Shown: in pieces, positions 29,547 through 40,068 of the stretch
How the letters are laid out: each line of letters begins with the position of its first letter
How positions within the stretch are numbered: position 1 is the stretch's first letter
Source: Promethearchaeota archaeon
Lineage (GTDB): Archaea; Asgardarchaeota; Lokiarchaeia; Sigyniarchaeales; SOKP01
Direction: 5' to 3'
NCBI GenBank assembly: GCA_048940805.1
Contig: JBHLOF010000007.1
Coordinates: 287-64,286 of the forward strand
DNA length: 64,000 bases
Position numbers and translations under genes: made by a program
The notes under the pieces: generated by a model
Database searches by the model: none
What the model was told of the DNA's origin: nothing
Seen by the model: the letters and a program-made list of their open reading frames with translations, nothing else

Positions 29547-30911
29547 TTGAATAACGAAAAAGATTCAAGAGAAGGACACTTGGTAAGACCTCAAACTGAA
29601 AAAAATATTTGCCTTCGTTGTAAAGGAGGGAGGTTACTATGCGGGAAAAAAACCTGCCCAATTCTATTAAAGAAATCTGTCCTAAAATCGATGGTTCCTT
29701 TCGAGATTGATAAAACACAGAGAAATGTTGAGATTTTTGGGGCAAGCCCTCCCGGATTTTTTGTAGGACATTTCAGCTATCCAAATGTATACTTAGGACC
29801 ATTAGTACCTTTTCAAGAATTTGAAACGGGACTTGATATCTCTGATTATCACATCCTTGATGCTCCAGAATTATGGTTTGGGAAAAAAATGGTAGATATA
29901 ATCAGATACAGAAGTAGTTTAGTCAGAAGTAATTTCAAAACAAATGTGTTTATTGGTCGTAAAAACCCAAAAACAACACCTTCGATAAAAATTCAAAAAC
30001 TTCTCGAAACATCTCAAGAATTATCAATGGCGGCACAACCAGTAGATACAGAAACGAAAATATCAAAGATGAATTTACGTATAATGATGGATAATCACTC
30101 ATTACCTATGGGCCCCTCTGGTATGACAGAGAAAATTATTATTGCTGAAAACACTAAGGTCCTTCCTCAAGTTGAATATTGTGTATCAGATACAGATCTA
30201 AAGGCAACTGAAGCCGTTTCAGAACATCTCTATTTCAAAGGTAAGGTACCTGAATCCACAATAAAAAGAATATTTTCAGCAGGATTACTTGGTGAAGAGA
30301 AAAGACGCAGAATTGTACCGACTCGTTGGACCATTACAGCAGTAGATGATATCATTTCAAAAGGCTTGATTAAGGAAATTAAGAAATTTCCTGAAATTGA
30401 CGATTATCAAATCTTTGAAGCCACTTATCTCGATAACCATTTCAAAATTTTATTATTTCCCGGAAAATTTATGTACGAAATGAACGAGGTGTGGGCACCA
30501 AATACTTTATGGAATATTTCTCTCAATGGAGATACTCGAAATCTAAAGCCACAGATAATGACGGATTTTGAATTTTATGGAGGGAGAAAAAACTACGCAA
30601 GTAATATAACCGGGGCTTATTACGCAGCAAGAAAATCTGTTTGTGAATATTTGTACAAAATAAAAAGGCAAGCAAGGGTTTTAATATTCAGAGAAGTATC
30701 TGGTGGTTACGTTGTTCCCTTGGGGGTTTGGGTTATTAGAGAAACTGTTAATAATGCGATGTGGACAAGCGATCCTATAAAATTAGATAATTTTAATGAT
30801 GCTATCCACAAAATGGCTGAAGGTTTTATTGTAGACTTTAAACATTGGAAACAGAGTAGTAAACTAATTAATTACATTAAAACCCAGAGATCTTTAGATC
30901 AATTTTTATAG
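29547..30911 (+). CDS. nreA: Archaeal DNA repair protein Nre
   Basis: CLRCKG..LCG..CP, PTRWTITAVD, GAYYAAR, PLGVWVIRE, C-terminal PIP box QRSLDQFL. Confidence 0.93.
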   Translation: MNNEKDSREGHLVRPQTEKNICLRCKGGRLLCGKKTCPILLKKSVLKSMVPFEIDKTQRNVEIFGASPPGFFVGHFSYPNVYLGPLVPFQEFETGLDISDYHILDAPELWFGKKMVDIIRYRSSLVRSNFKTNVFIGRKNPKTTPSIKIQKLLETSQELSMAAQPVDTETKISKMNLRIMMDNHSLPMGPSGMTEKIIIAENTKVLPQVEYCVSDTDLKATEAVSEHLYFKGKVPESTIKRIFSAGLLGEEKRRRIVPTRWTITAVDDIISKGLIKEIKKFPEIDDYQIFEATYLDNHFKILLFPGKFMYEMNEVWAPNTLWNISLNGDTRNLKPQIMTDFEFYGGRKNYASNITGAYYAARKSVCEYLYKIKRQARVLIFREVSGGYVVPLGVWVIRETVNNAMWTSDPIKLDNFNDAIHKMAEGFIVDFKHWKQSSKLINYIKTQRSLDQFL

Positions 30912-30932
30912 GTTTTAAATTTATACATTTTA

Positions 30933-31907
30933 ATGAGAAAGAGCATTAAAATAACAATAAAGTTAGTAGTTGTTTTTAGTTTCTTAGTTCTGATTTTTTC
31001 CGCACTTTTTAATTATTTTTATGCTAAAACGCTATATTTTCCAAATACTCCGGAATTAATATTAAGTAAAGCTAATGTCCTTGTTTCACTGAGTATATTT
31101 TCTTTAATTCTAATGTTCATAATGAATATTAGTATCTTTCGGAAGTTGTTTCTTATATTTATTGTCTGTGGTGTTATAGCGTGGAATTTACTTCATTTGA
31201 ACAATGGTCTTGGAGTTATTTCACTTCCCAGTATTGTCCTAAATTTGCTTGAAGTAGTATTTTATTTGTCGGTTGCGATGGTTACACCTGGTATAGTCCT
31301 TTTCATCGTTTATTATATTAAGAAGATTTCCGTGAAATTTGAAGGAAATTTTATTAGAGGGTATCATTTACATGAGAGCTTCTTAGGGATTATTCTGTTG
31401 GGATTAGGTATTACTCTTTTTATTATACGGTTTAATATAATTCAAATTGAAATTTTTTGGAAAGAATACAAGTTATATTTAGCAATAATAATGATTTTCC
31501 TTTATGCTTTTATATACTTCGGGAGTTTCTTTGCATTTCGAGATTATCATGATCTAATTAGATTGAGGTTTCTTGAGAAAGTAAATAAGCTGGTCAAAAA
31601 TGAGAACTCTACTGTTTCAGCATTCAATTCTATTACTACAGATGATCTACATTTTTTCAAGCATCCTAAACTATTCCTCTTTCCTTTTGGATTGCTACTC
31701 ACCAGCTTAGCTTTTCTAATGGTAATATACGGAAATGATTTTATACCTAAAGAATATTTAACTCATGAATTTATTGTAAATTCTGGTTACCTTCTAAGTT
31801 TTGTCGCAGGAGGAATTATTGGAATTGACTGGTTAAGAATTTTTAAAATCTTTTATCCTAGTCACTACCAAGAATTACAGCTTAAAATAAAAGAGATATC
31901 AAGTTAG
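30933..31907 (+). CDS. Hypothetical multi-pass membrane protein
   Basis: About 8 TM segments, GYHLHES motif. Confidence 0.6.
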   Translation: MRKSIKITIKLVVVFSFLVLIFSALFNYFYAKTLYFPNTPELILSKANVLVSLSIFSLILMFIMNISIFRKLFLIFIVCGVIAWNLLHLNNGLGVISLPSIVLNLLEVVFYLSVAMVTPGIVLFIVYYIKKISVKFEGNFIRGYHLHESFLGIILLGLGITLFIIRFNIIQIEIFWKEYKLYLAIIMIFLYAFIYFGSFFAFRDYHDLIRLRFLEKVNKLVKNENSTVSAFNSITTDDLHFFKHPKLFLFPFGLLLTSLAFLMVIYGNDFIPKEYLTHEFIVNSGYLLSFVAGGIIGIDWLRIFKIFYPSHYQELQLKIKEISS

Positions 31908-31979
31908 TTTGTGAGTTTATCCATGTTAATGATTAAACTTTTTAGAATTTCAACCTTTAGATTATTAGAATAGTTTTAA

Positions 31980-32867
31980 GTGAGTATTATGATATGGAAA
32001 ACCCGGATTACAAAAATAACTAAAACAAAGTATCCATTGATTATGGCAGCGTTTTCGAGACATGGAATAACTGAATTTGCTGCAGCATTTTCAAACGCAG
32101 GTGGTTTTGGGATAATTCAAGCGCTTAATTATGATGTTAAAACATTTAAAACTGAACTCCAAAAAATAAAAACTTTAACAGACAAGCCATTTGGGGTGAA
32201 TCTAACTGTTGATCGACCACGTGGTAGATCTGATGCTGAAACAAAGAAAGAAGAATATTTAAGATATATTGAAGTGGCAATCAATGCAGGAGTTGAGATA
32301 TTTTCCACTTCATCTTATCAAGCCCTTTACATTGGAAAAAGAGTTCATGAAGCGGGATGTTATTGGTTTCCCAAAGTACCATTACTAAGGCATGCCATAT
32401 CAGTGGAGAAAGCAGGGGCAGATGCTATTACCCTTATGGGTATGGAATCATCGGGGTATAAAAATCCATATCAACATTCCACCCTTGTTAATTTAACTAT
32501 TGGTAAGAAAATATTAAAAGTCCCTTTAATTGCTGCAGGAGGAATAGGAGACGCTCGTGGTATTTTAGGTGCATTAGCTATGGGTGCTGAGGCAGTTTGT
32601 TTAGGAACGGTAATTTTAGTTACCAAAGAAAGTCCCTTACCTTTAGATAAAAAGAAGAATTGGTTAAATACCAATATATTTTCAGAAGATTATCACAAAC
32701 GACTCTATCATCGAAAATTAGGTGGAACTAGTGTTCCTTCTCCAGCGGTAGGATATAACGATAAAATGGAATCTTTGAAGGATCTATTCGATAACATCAT
32801 GGGCGATGCTGAAAAAATCATCGATTCTTGGGGTATCTCTGAAGGCGAATTTAGTACAATTGGATAA
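31980..32867 (+). CDS. Nitronate monooxygenase/FabK-like flavoenzyme
   Basis: DKPFGVN, GADA, PLIAAGGIGD, GAEAVCLGT. Confidence 0.85.
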   Translation: MSIMIWKTRITKITKTKYPLIMAAFSRHGITEFAAAFSNAGGFGIIQALNYDVKTFKTELQKIKTLTDKPFGVNLTVDRPRGRSDAETKKEEYLRYIEVAINAGVEIFSTSSYQALYIGKRVHEAGCYWFPKVPLLRHAISVEKAGADAITLMGMESSGYKNPYQHSTLVNLTIGKKILKVPLIAAGGIGDARGILGALAMGAEAVCLGTVILVTKESPLPLDKKKNWLNTNIFSEDYHKRLYHRKLGGTSVPSPAVGYNDKMESLKDLFDNIMGDAEKIIDSWGISEGEFSTIG

Positions 32868-33014
32868 AGTTCTAACCGATTTCCTTAAAATGGTTTTGTT
32901 TTTAAATGATAATTATATTCTAAATTTAATCTTAAATCATACAATTTTCGTCTTTACATTTATGTTAAATTGTTAAGAATACTAAATTGTAAAAGTTAAA
33001 AGGTATAAATTGAA

Positions 33015-34853
33015 ATGACAAAGGGTTATTTTGGACAAATTTTATGGATTGATCTTTCAAAAAAGGCTTTTTCTGAAGAGTATTTATCGGATGAATATTA
33101 TCGATCATATTTAGGTGGGTATGGTTTAGCTACCATACTAATATATGAAAATATGCCTGCAAAAACAGATCCCTTAAGCTCGGAATCAGTTTTTGGATTT
33201 TTTCCAGGATTGTTAACTGGTACGCCTGCCCCGTTAACAGGAAGGTTCATGGTTGCGGGAAAATCACCGTTAACCGGAACATGGGGAGATTCAAATTGTG
33301 GAGGATATTTTGGTCCCGAAGTAAAAAAGTGTGGATATGATGCTATATTGATTAGGGGAAAATCAGATAACCCCGTATATGTAAGTATTATTGACGGGGA
33401 AAAAAAATTTTTAGATGCATCAGATCTATGGGGATTAGACGCGGTAGAAACTGAAGATAAACTTAAGGAAAAACATGGAGCCGTTCAAATTGCTTGTATT
33501 GGTCAAGCGGGTGAGAAATTATCTTTAATCTCTGGAATCGTTAATGATAAAGCAAGAATAGCTGCTAGATCTGGTTTTGGGGCAGTAATGGGTTCTAAAA
33601 ATTTAAAGGCGATTGTGGTTAAAGGGAATGTGAGTATTCCTGTAGTAGACAACAAGAAACTAATAGAACTTACTAGAACCTATAATGAAGGTATAAATTC
33701 TGCTAAAGGGGGTATAGTAACCATATTTAAGAATTTTGGAACCGCTGCTGGGAACGTTTTCTCAGCAACATCTGGTGATACTCCTATTAAAAATTGGGGA
33801 GGTACGTTTCAAGAGGATTTCCCCCTTGAGAGATTAAACAAAATATCTGGTCAAGAAATTAATAAATATAAACAAAAAGTATATGGATGTTTTTCATGCC
33901 CCCTTCGATGTGGTGCTATAATGAAGGTTCCAGAAGCGGGAATTGAGGAAACACACAGACCGGAATATGAAACATGCGCAAGTTTAGGTCATTTGATTCT
34001 TAATGATGATCTCACTTCATTATTTATTATGAATGATATCTGTAATAGAGCAGGTATTGACACTATATCTGTGGGAGGGACAGTAGCGTTTGCAATTGAA
34101 TGCTATGAGAATGGGTTGATTACATTAGAAGATACTGATAGTCTTGAGATGAAATGGGGTAATTCTTCAGCTGCAATAGAATTAGTAAAAAAGATTATCC
34201 AACGAGAAGGTATCGGTGATATTTTAGCGGATGGCTCCAAAGTAGCTTCAGAAAGATTAGGAAAAGGAAAGGAATATGCAATTCATTCATTAGGTCAAGA
34301 ATTAGGGATGCATTCTCCCAAATTTTACAAAAGTTTGGGAGCATCTATGGCATATGATCCTACTCCTGGTAGGCATACAACAGCAACTTTAGATATGATG
34401 GGAGGAGGAATAATCGCAAAACCAGATGGATTAATTGATGGTTTTTTTCTCCCAGAAAATTATAAAGAACCGGGAATCGATAGAGCTGAAGCTGAAATGA
34501 AAATAGCTGGCATATGGCAAACAATTAATAGTCTGGGATTGTGTGAATTCGCAACTTTTTTACAAAAATACCCATTAGCGGGACTAGTCAAAGCTTTAAC
34601 TGGTTGGGATATATCTATTGATGAGTTTTTGGAAATAGGTTTGAGAATCCAAACACTTAGACAAGCATTCACAATCCGAGAAGGTATTGATATCATTAAT
34701 AACAAATTACCTAAGAGAACTTTTGATACTGATTATCTTAGTGATTATAAGGATTATTGCATAAAAATGGGTTGGAACCCTAATAATGCATATCCTTTAG
34801 AAGAAACCTTAAAAAATCTAAAATTAGAATTTGTTATCAAAGATCTTTATTAA
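33015..34853 (+). CDS. aor: Tungsten-type aldehyde:ferredoxin oxidoreductase
   Basis: KSPLTG, GAVMGSKNLKA, CFSCPLRC, PEYET, GIDTIS, GLCEF. Confidence 0.93.
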   Translation: MTKGYFGQILWIDLSKKAFSEEYLSDEYYRSYLGGYGLATILIYENMPAKTDPLSSESVFGFFPGLLTGTPAPLTGRFMVAGKSPLTGTWGDSNCGGYFGPEVKKCGYDAILIRGKSDNPVYVSIIDGEKKFLDASDLWGLDAVETEDKLKEKHGAVQIACIGQAGEKLSLISGIVNDKARIAARSGFGAVMGSKNLKAIVVKGNVSIPVVDNKKLIELTRTYNEGINSAKGGIVTIFKNFGTAAGNVFSATSGDTPIKNWGGTFQEDFPLERLNKISGQEINKYKQKVYGCFSCPLRCGAIMKVPEAGIEETHRPEYETCASLGHLILNDDLTSLFIMNDICNRAGIDTISVGGTVAFAIECYENGLITLEDTDSLEMKWGNSSAAIELVKKIIQREGIGDILADGSKVASERLGKGKEYAIHSLGQELGMHSPKFYKSLGASMAYDPTPGRHTTATLDMMGGGIIAKPDGLIDGFFLPENYKEPGIDRAEAEMKIAGIWQTINSLGLCEFATFLQKYPLAGLVKALTGWDISIDEFLEIGLRIQTLRQAFTIREGIDIINNKLPKRTFDTDYLSDYKDYCIKMGWNPNNAYPLEETLKNLKLEFVIKDLY

Positions 34854-34912
34854 TACTCTTTCTTTTTCTTATTTAATTAGTATTTTAGTTCAAGTAGATG
34901 ATTTAAAGTATA

Positions 34913-36109
34913 ATGAAGTCGATTGTTTATTGGGCATCGCCAAATGAAGTTGCAACACTTCCAAATACGGCTCAAAACATGATAACAAATAATTTAGTGA
35001 AAACCAGATTTATTTTGGATAAAATTTTAGATAATATCGGCACTGGGGATAAAGTTGGGGTAAAAATTCATGTTGGGGAATCACACAATACTCACTATTT
35101 ACGTCCTGATTATGTCCGAGAAGTAGTGAAAGCAATTAAAGCGAAAGGGGGAATCCCAACTTTAATTGAAACTCAAGGACGTGGAAACGCTATTGAGAAA
35201 ATTGAAATTAATGAAGATTATACAATTTGTGTGGGACATAGAAAAACCGGAACTGATCACAAAAAAATAGCTCGATTACATGGATATCATGAAGCCGTTA
35301 TAGGTGCACCATTAGAATTCATTGATGGTGAAGAGGGCATTAATGGAAAAAAGGTGGAAATCAAGGGACTTCATTTTAAAAGGGTATCAGTAGCAGCAGG
35401 ACTTTTCAATTATGATAAACTTGTTGTAATCTCCCATTTTAAAGGGCATCCATATGGGGGTATTGGGGGTGCATTAAAGCAACTGGGATTAGGTTTTGTT
35501 ACAAAACAGAACAAAGTCTTAGCTCATTTTGACGGTTTATTAACTGTTAATATTAGTATTTGTAATCCCTCAAAATGTAACCAAGAGTGCATAGCTGCAT
35601 GTAGAGTGGGAGCAGTCAAAATGCATGAAAATAAAGCGTTAATAGATGAATCTGTTTGTTATGGATGTTTTCAATGCTCTCAAGATTGCCCTGTAGAAGG
35701 AGCAATAATAAGACCAAAATGGAATAATGTGGAGAAATTCATTGAACGCTTTATTGATAACGCAACTGCAGTCATAAAATTCGGTTCAGAGAAGATTCGA
35801 TATATTAATTTTGCTCTTGATATCCCTCTGATGTGTGATTGTGTTTCAAATCCGGGTGTTCCAGTTATACCCGATCTTGGAATTTTTGGTTCTTCTGATC
35901 CCGTGGCAATTGATAAAGCTTGTTTTGATAAAGAAATAGATGCTCCAGGACTCCCGTTTCTTAATGATGAAGGAGAATGGACAGAACCGTTAAAAAGGGG
36001 AGTTGAAAAATTTAAGGCTTTAATGCCTAGAGTTAATCCAGCTCATCAATTTGAAGCAGCTAAAAAAAATAATATTGGTTCAATTGAGTATGAACTAGTT
36101 AAGATTTAA
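34913..36109 (+). CDS. DUF362 Fe-S protein with ferredoxin insert
   Basis: VKIHVGE, SHFKGH, GGALKQ, CxxCxxCxxxCP, CDC, SDPVAID. Confidence 0.85.
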   Translation: MKSIVYWASPNEVATLPNTAQNMITNNLVKTRFILDKILDNIGTGDKVGVKIHVGESHNTHYLRPDYVREVVKAIKAKGGIPTLIETQGRGNAIEKIEINEDYTICVGHRKTGTDHKKIARLHGYHEAVIGAPLEFIDGEEGINGKKVEIKGLHFKRVSVAAGLFNYDKLVVISHFKGHPYGGIGGALKQLGLGFVTKQNKVLAHFDGLLTVNISICNPSKCNQECIAACRVGAVKMHENKALIDESVCYGCFQCSQDCPVEGAIIRPKWNNVEKFIERFIDNATAVIKFGSEKIRYINFALDIPLMCDCVSNPGVPVIPDLGIFGSSDPVAIDKACFDKEIDAPGLPFLNDEGEWTEPLKRGVEKFKALMPRVNPAHQFEAAKKNNIGSIEYELVKI

Positions 36110-36170
36110 GTAAGGAAAAAGATAAATAATAACAAGATTAAATTTAAAATTCTCAATACCTCATATTATA

Positions 36171-37382
36171 ATGGCTCTATCGGGAGAAAAAGTAGGAATT
36201 CCGTCTGCAGATGAAGCCCCTATGATTGTTATGGCTCGTTACAGGCAACCTATTGCAGGTATTCTTGCAATCTTAATTGTTTTTATAATAAGCATAGTTT
36301 CTTGGTGGATTTTTTTTGATCCTCGATTGCATAATCCATTACCTCTACAGGAAATGGAAATTACAGCTTGGGCTACAGTAATAGGGGGATTTGGTCTAAT
36401 TGGAGTAGTGTGGGCAATTTGGTTTGAAAATTGGCCCTATTATAATTGGTTTAAAACACCGTGGAAAGTAGGACTAGTTGGGACTATGATTAATGCTTTG
36501 ATTATAATTATTTTTGTTTTAGCACTTCTACCCCTTTTTAATTCCTTTTATAGTAGCCAAATAACAGATCCTTATATTGCTTGGTTTTTGGGGGCGTCTA
36601 TATTTGGTGCTTTAAGTGGTTCATGTTTTTCTTTTGCTGTTCTTTGGGTAGCAGGTACAATGTATTGGCCCTTTTTTAAAATAAAACAACCAAAAAGAGG
36701 ATTAATTGTTTGGATAATTGGAAATGCAATAACATTACTAGTGTGGTTTTTATTGTTTATTCCTGCTGGTGAACGGACCGCTACATCTGAAGCTAGTGCT
36801 GTGAAACCCATTACAAGTTTCCCAAGTTATGCCTTCTCTCTAGGATGGACGCAATGGTTAATTTTCTTTTCACTACTCACCCTTATGGTATTTGAATACT
36901 GGCCTTGGAGTAAAATCGGAAGGAAACAACCCTTTATCGGGATGATAGCCTTTATATCTTGCATTTTATTAGGATTCTTAGTTTCCATCTCCTTTCCTTA
37001 CATTGTTCAATATATATTTGATCCATTCTTTGTCGTCATAGGAGGCTCTCCTCCCGATCCTGTTACAAGGCTCAAGGGTTGGTATATGATGAGTATTACT
37101 TACGCTATATTTCTCATATGCGCGGTGGTACTTGTTTCACTATTTTTTGATAATTGGCCAAAAAGATTTACTCAATGGAAGAACTTTTTATTTAGATTTA
37201 TTCTTGTAATTATAATTGGAACAACGACATTTTTAGGTTATTACTTACTTTCTCCTTTTCTTTTTGGTGACAACTCAAACTACTGGAGGATGAATCCTAC
37301 TCCTTTCATATTATGGTTTTTGTGGATTGAAATTCTATTTGCATATGTATGGAGAAAATGGCCAATTTATAGGGCATTATAG
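36171..37382 (+). CDS. Multi-pass membrane protein with five WP repeats, possible transporter
   Basis: FENWP, MYWP, FEYWP, FDNWP, RKWP each follow a TM pair. Confidence 0.6.
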   Translation: MALSGEKVGIPSADEAPMIVMARYRQPIAGILAILIVFIISIVSWWIFFDPRLHNPLPLQEMEITAWATVIGGFGLIGVVWAIWFENWPYYNWFKTPWKVGLVGTMINALIIIIFVLALLPLFNSFYSSQITDPYIAWFLGASIFGALSGSCFSFAVLWVAGTMYWPFFKIKQPKRGLIVWIIGNAITLLVWFLLFIPAGERTATSEASAVKPITSFPSYAFSLGWTQWLIFFSLLTLMVFEYWPWSKIGRKQPFIGMIAFISCILLGFLVSISFPYIVQYIFDPFFVVIGGSPPDPVTRLKGWYMMSITYAIFLICAVVLVSLFFDNWPKRFTQWKNFLFRFILVIIIGTTTFLGYYLLSPFLFGDNSNYWRMNPTPFILWFLWIEILFAYVWRKWPIYRAL

Positions 37383-37407
37383 GAATTGTCAGTATTGGTG
37401 AATCGTA

Positions 37408-38193
37408 TTATTTTGACCAAAAAGTAATAACTTGATTATTAAATTCTTGTGGGTGATCTAAAATAATCAAGTGCCCTGCATCTTGAATTATTTTCAACTC
37501 TGATTGAGGCACCCATTCATGTATCATTTCACTCGCCCAAACAGGGGTGGTGATATCTTTTTTACCAACCAAGATCAGCACCGGCATTTTTAATGATTTT
37601 AGGTTTTCGCAAATATTAAATCCTGCTGAGGCTGCGGTTGCAATTAAACAGTCCTTTTTTGTCATAGTATCAATTATTAGTTTTGCAACAAATTGAGCTA
37701 TCTCTTCATTATAAGGAGTTAATCCCCTAATACTAACACCCAAGGCAAAATCTTCCAATTTTGAGCTATTAATTCGGCCCAGTACATCTGTAATTGCTTC
37801 TTGGCTTATGAAACAAAAACTATCCGCTATCACCATTTTTTTTACATGAGTTGGATTCTCAAGCCCGTAGACCAGTGCAACCATTCCTCCTAAAGAATGC
37901 CCAACCAAATAAAGCTCATTTGTCCATTTTAGATGATTTAATAATGCTGTCATATCATCTACATAATCCCGAATAGTGAAGCGTTTTTTTGGTTTGGTTG
38001 ATTTTCCATGACCACGAAGATCAAACCTGAGAACTTGAAATTGTAATTCAAAATCAGGAAGTTGAAATTTCCAATAATCACTATTTAGAAAGAGTCCGTG
38101 AATTAGAATCATTTTAGGACTACCAGCCTTTCCACTTATTTCATAATAAATTTCGATCGCTTTCTGAGTTGAAAAGAATGGCATAGTTTTCAT
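37408..38193 (-). CDS. Alpha/beta hydrolase (enol-lactonase-like)
   Basis: LIHG, DLRGHG, GHSLGG, GKKD, AGH. Confidence 0.9.
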   Translation of the reverse strand: MKTMPFFSTQKAIEIYYEISGKAGSPKMILIHGLFLNSDYWKFQLPDFELQFQVLRFDLRGHGKSTKPKKRFTIRDYVDDMTALLNHLKWTNELYLVGHSLGGMVALVYGLENPTHVKKMVIADSFCFISQEAITDVLGRINSSKLEDFALGVSIRGLTPYNEEIAQFVAKLIIDTMTKKDCLIATAASAGFNICENLKSLKMPVLILVGKKDITTPVWASEMIHEWVPQSELKIIQDAGHLIILDHPQEFNNQVITFWSK

Positions 38194-38352
38194 AAACCAT
38201 TTTTTTAAAATAAGTTTATCGATATATTGTTATTTCAGGATAAATATATATGCTGAAAAAAAAGAGATAATTTAGCAATATTTATATATATTACTTGGAA
38301 ATAAAAGATTAAGCTGAAATCTATAAGTAAAAAATAAAAAAAGAGGATATGT

Positions 38353-39162
38353 ATGAAAAAATCAAAATTTTTAATTACTTCGCTAGTATTCTTAGGGATT
38401 ATCTTAACAATTAGTCCACCAACTATTTCTCAAATTGGAACTTATGAATTTCATGGAGCTGCCGGTAATCAAAAGATTCTTAAAGTTAGAACCGTTGATA
38501 ATGCGAGTTTGGCAGATTTATTTGGACCCGCAGATTGGGTAAATGTTATTGAGATATTTGGAGAAGGAGCTGCAAACGTTGGTGCAAGGAAAAAATCAGT
38601 TGTAACTGCAGTAAATACTAGTTTCACCTATTTTGGATATGATGCGACAAATTACACAACAGATAACTGGGATTGGACTTTAGGAGGATTCTCAGCTACG
38701 CCAGATGATATAGGTTTTGAGGTATATGGCTTATATAATCCGGTGGAACTGACTGCTGTGATTAATCTTGTTTGGACTATGAATGTCACGGTTCAGAATG
38801 CCGCACTACTTTTTGCTCAATTACCCACTCCAGTTGCTCAGTATTTAGGAGCAATAGTATGGGAACCAAAATGGGAAAATATTGATAATACTGTTGTTCA
38901 TAATGCAGAAATGGGTGATACTATTTTTTTAGCAGGTTATCAATATTTAGAAGATTGTACAGAAACATGGACTTATGATGAGACGTTCGGGGCTTGGATT
39001 AGTTATAAAATTCAAGACAATGAATCTAATACAATATATGAATTTTCAATAGATTTAACTACCGCAGCTCAAATTCCTGGTTTTGAACTGCCAATTATAC
39101 TCAGTGTGTCTATAAGTCTAACTGTGGGTTTAATATATATAATCATCAAAAAAAAACGCTAG
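38353..39162 (+). CDS. Secreted surface protein with IPGF-TM-basic C-terminal sorting signal
   Basis: Signal peptide; C-terminal IPGFELPIIL...IIIKKKR. Confidence 0.75.
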   Translation: MKKSKFLITSLVFLGIILTISPPTISQIGTYEFHGAAGNQKILKVRTVDNASLADLFGPADWVNVIEIFGEGAANVGARKKSVVTAVNTSFTYFGYDATNYTTDNWDWTLGGFSATPDDIGFEVYGLYNPVELTAVINLVWTMNVTVQNAALLFAQLPTPVAQYLGAIVWEPKWENIDNTVVHNAEMGDTIFLAGYQYLEDCTETWTYDETFGAWISYKIQDNESNTIYEFSIDLTTAAQIPGFELPIILSVSISLTVGLIYIIIKKKR

Positions 39163-39188
39163 AAAATTTTTTTTAATTTTTAAATTTT

Positions 39189-39965
39189 TTAATTCTTTAT
39201 CTTTTTATTAAAATGCAAAGCATTAGTAAATTTCCCAAATAGATCAATCCTCCCACTTACTATACCCCTTGATAGATACATAAAAGGTGTGTCAATTACC
39301 CCAAAAAACCATTTTGTTAAGATTTGACCCCATATTATTGATAAAATTGAGTTAAATGAAAATAAACCCCCAAATGCTATACTCACAAAAATTATGCTGT
39401 CCAATGCAAGGGTAGGGATATCGCTAAACACATTCCTTATCCACAATTTCTTGCTCTTTGTTAATTTTTTGATTTTGGCAAATAAAACCGCATCTAAATT
39501 TTCAGTTATCAAAAAGGATATCCATGAAGCAATAATAATTCGTACTGTAGATCCAAGAATATTTGTCCAAAATTGCTGTGCTTCAGTAGGGTTACTCCCC
39601 CAATCAAATCCCCAAAAATTGGCGGGAATAACTTCAATACTAAACCAAATAAAAATACTCATGAAAATTTGGGTAAGAAATGCGATGAAAATCATTCTAT
39701 GGGTCGCTCTTTGCCCAAAATTTTCATTCACTAAATCTGTAATTTGAAAAGTAAATGGGAATATAAGCACAGCAACCGGAGCAGTTATAGTGAAATTTCC
39801 TATACTAAAATCTCCTATCTTTGCTGCAAGGATTTGAGACATGGCAAGAAAGATGATATAAAAAGCTATAGCAACATCTTCCCTTTTTTGCGTTTTAATA
39901 TATTGACTTATGAAATAAGTTGATAAAAATATAACAATAAACCAGATTAATAGAATTAACCACAT
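39189..39965 (-). CDS. yhhQ: Queuosine/archaeosine precursor transporter (VUT/YhhQ family)
   Basis: FPFTFQITDLVNENFG, RIIIAS, LWIRN, DSIIFVSIAF, DTPF. Confidence 0.85.
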   Translation of the reverse strand: MWLILLIWFIVIFLSTYFISQYIKTQKREDVAIAFYIIFLAMSQILAAKIGDFSIGNFTITAPVAVLIFPFTFQITDLVNENFGQRATHRMIFIAFLTQIFMSIFIWFSIEVIPANFWGFDWGSNPTEAQQFWTNILGSTVRIIIASWISFLITENLDAVLFAKIKKLTKSKKLWIRNVFSDIPTLALDSIIFVSIAFGGLFSFNSILSIIWGQILTKWFFGVIDTPFMYLSRGIVSGRIDLFGKFTNALHFNKKIKN

Positions 39966-40068
39966 GAAAGATTCGAAAGTTAAAATTTATTAAATCTAAT
40001 TGAGTAATGTAAAATTATTAAGATTTTTTATTTATCATTTATATCCTAATTTGAGTTGAGAGAAATTA

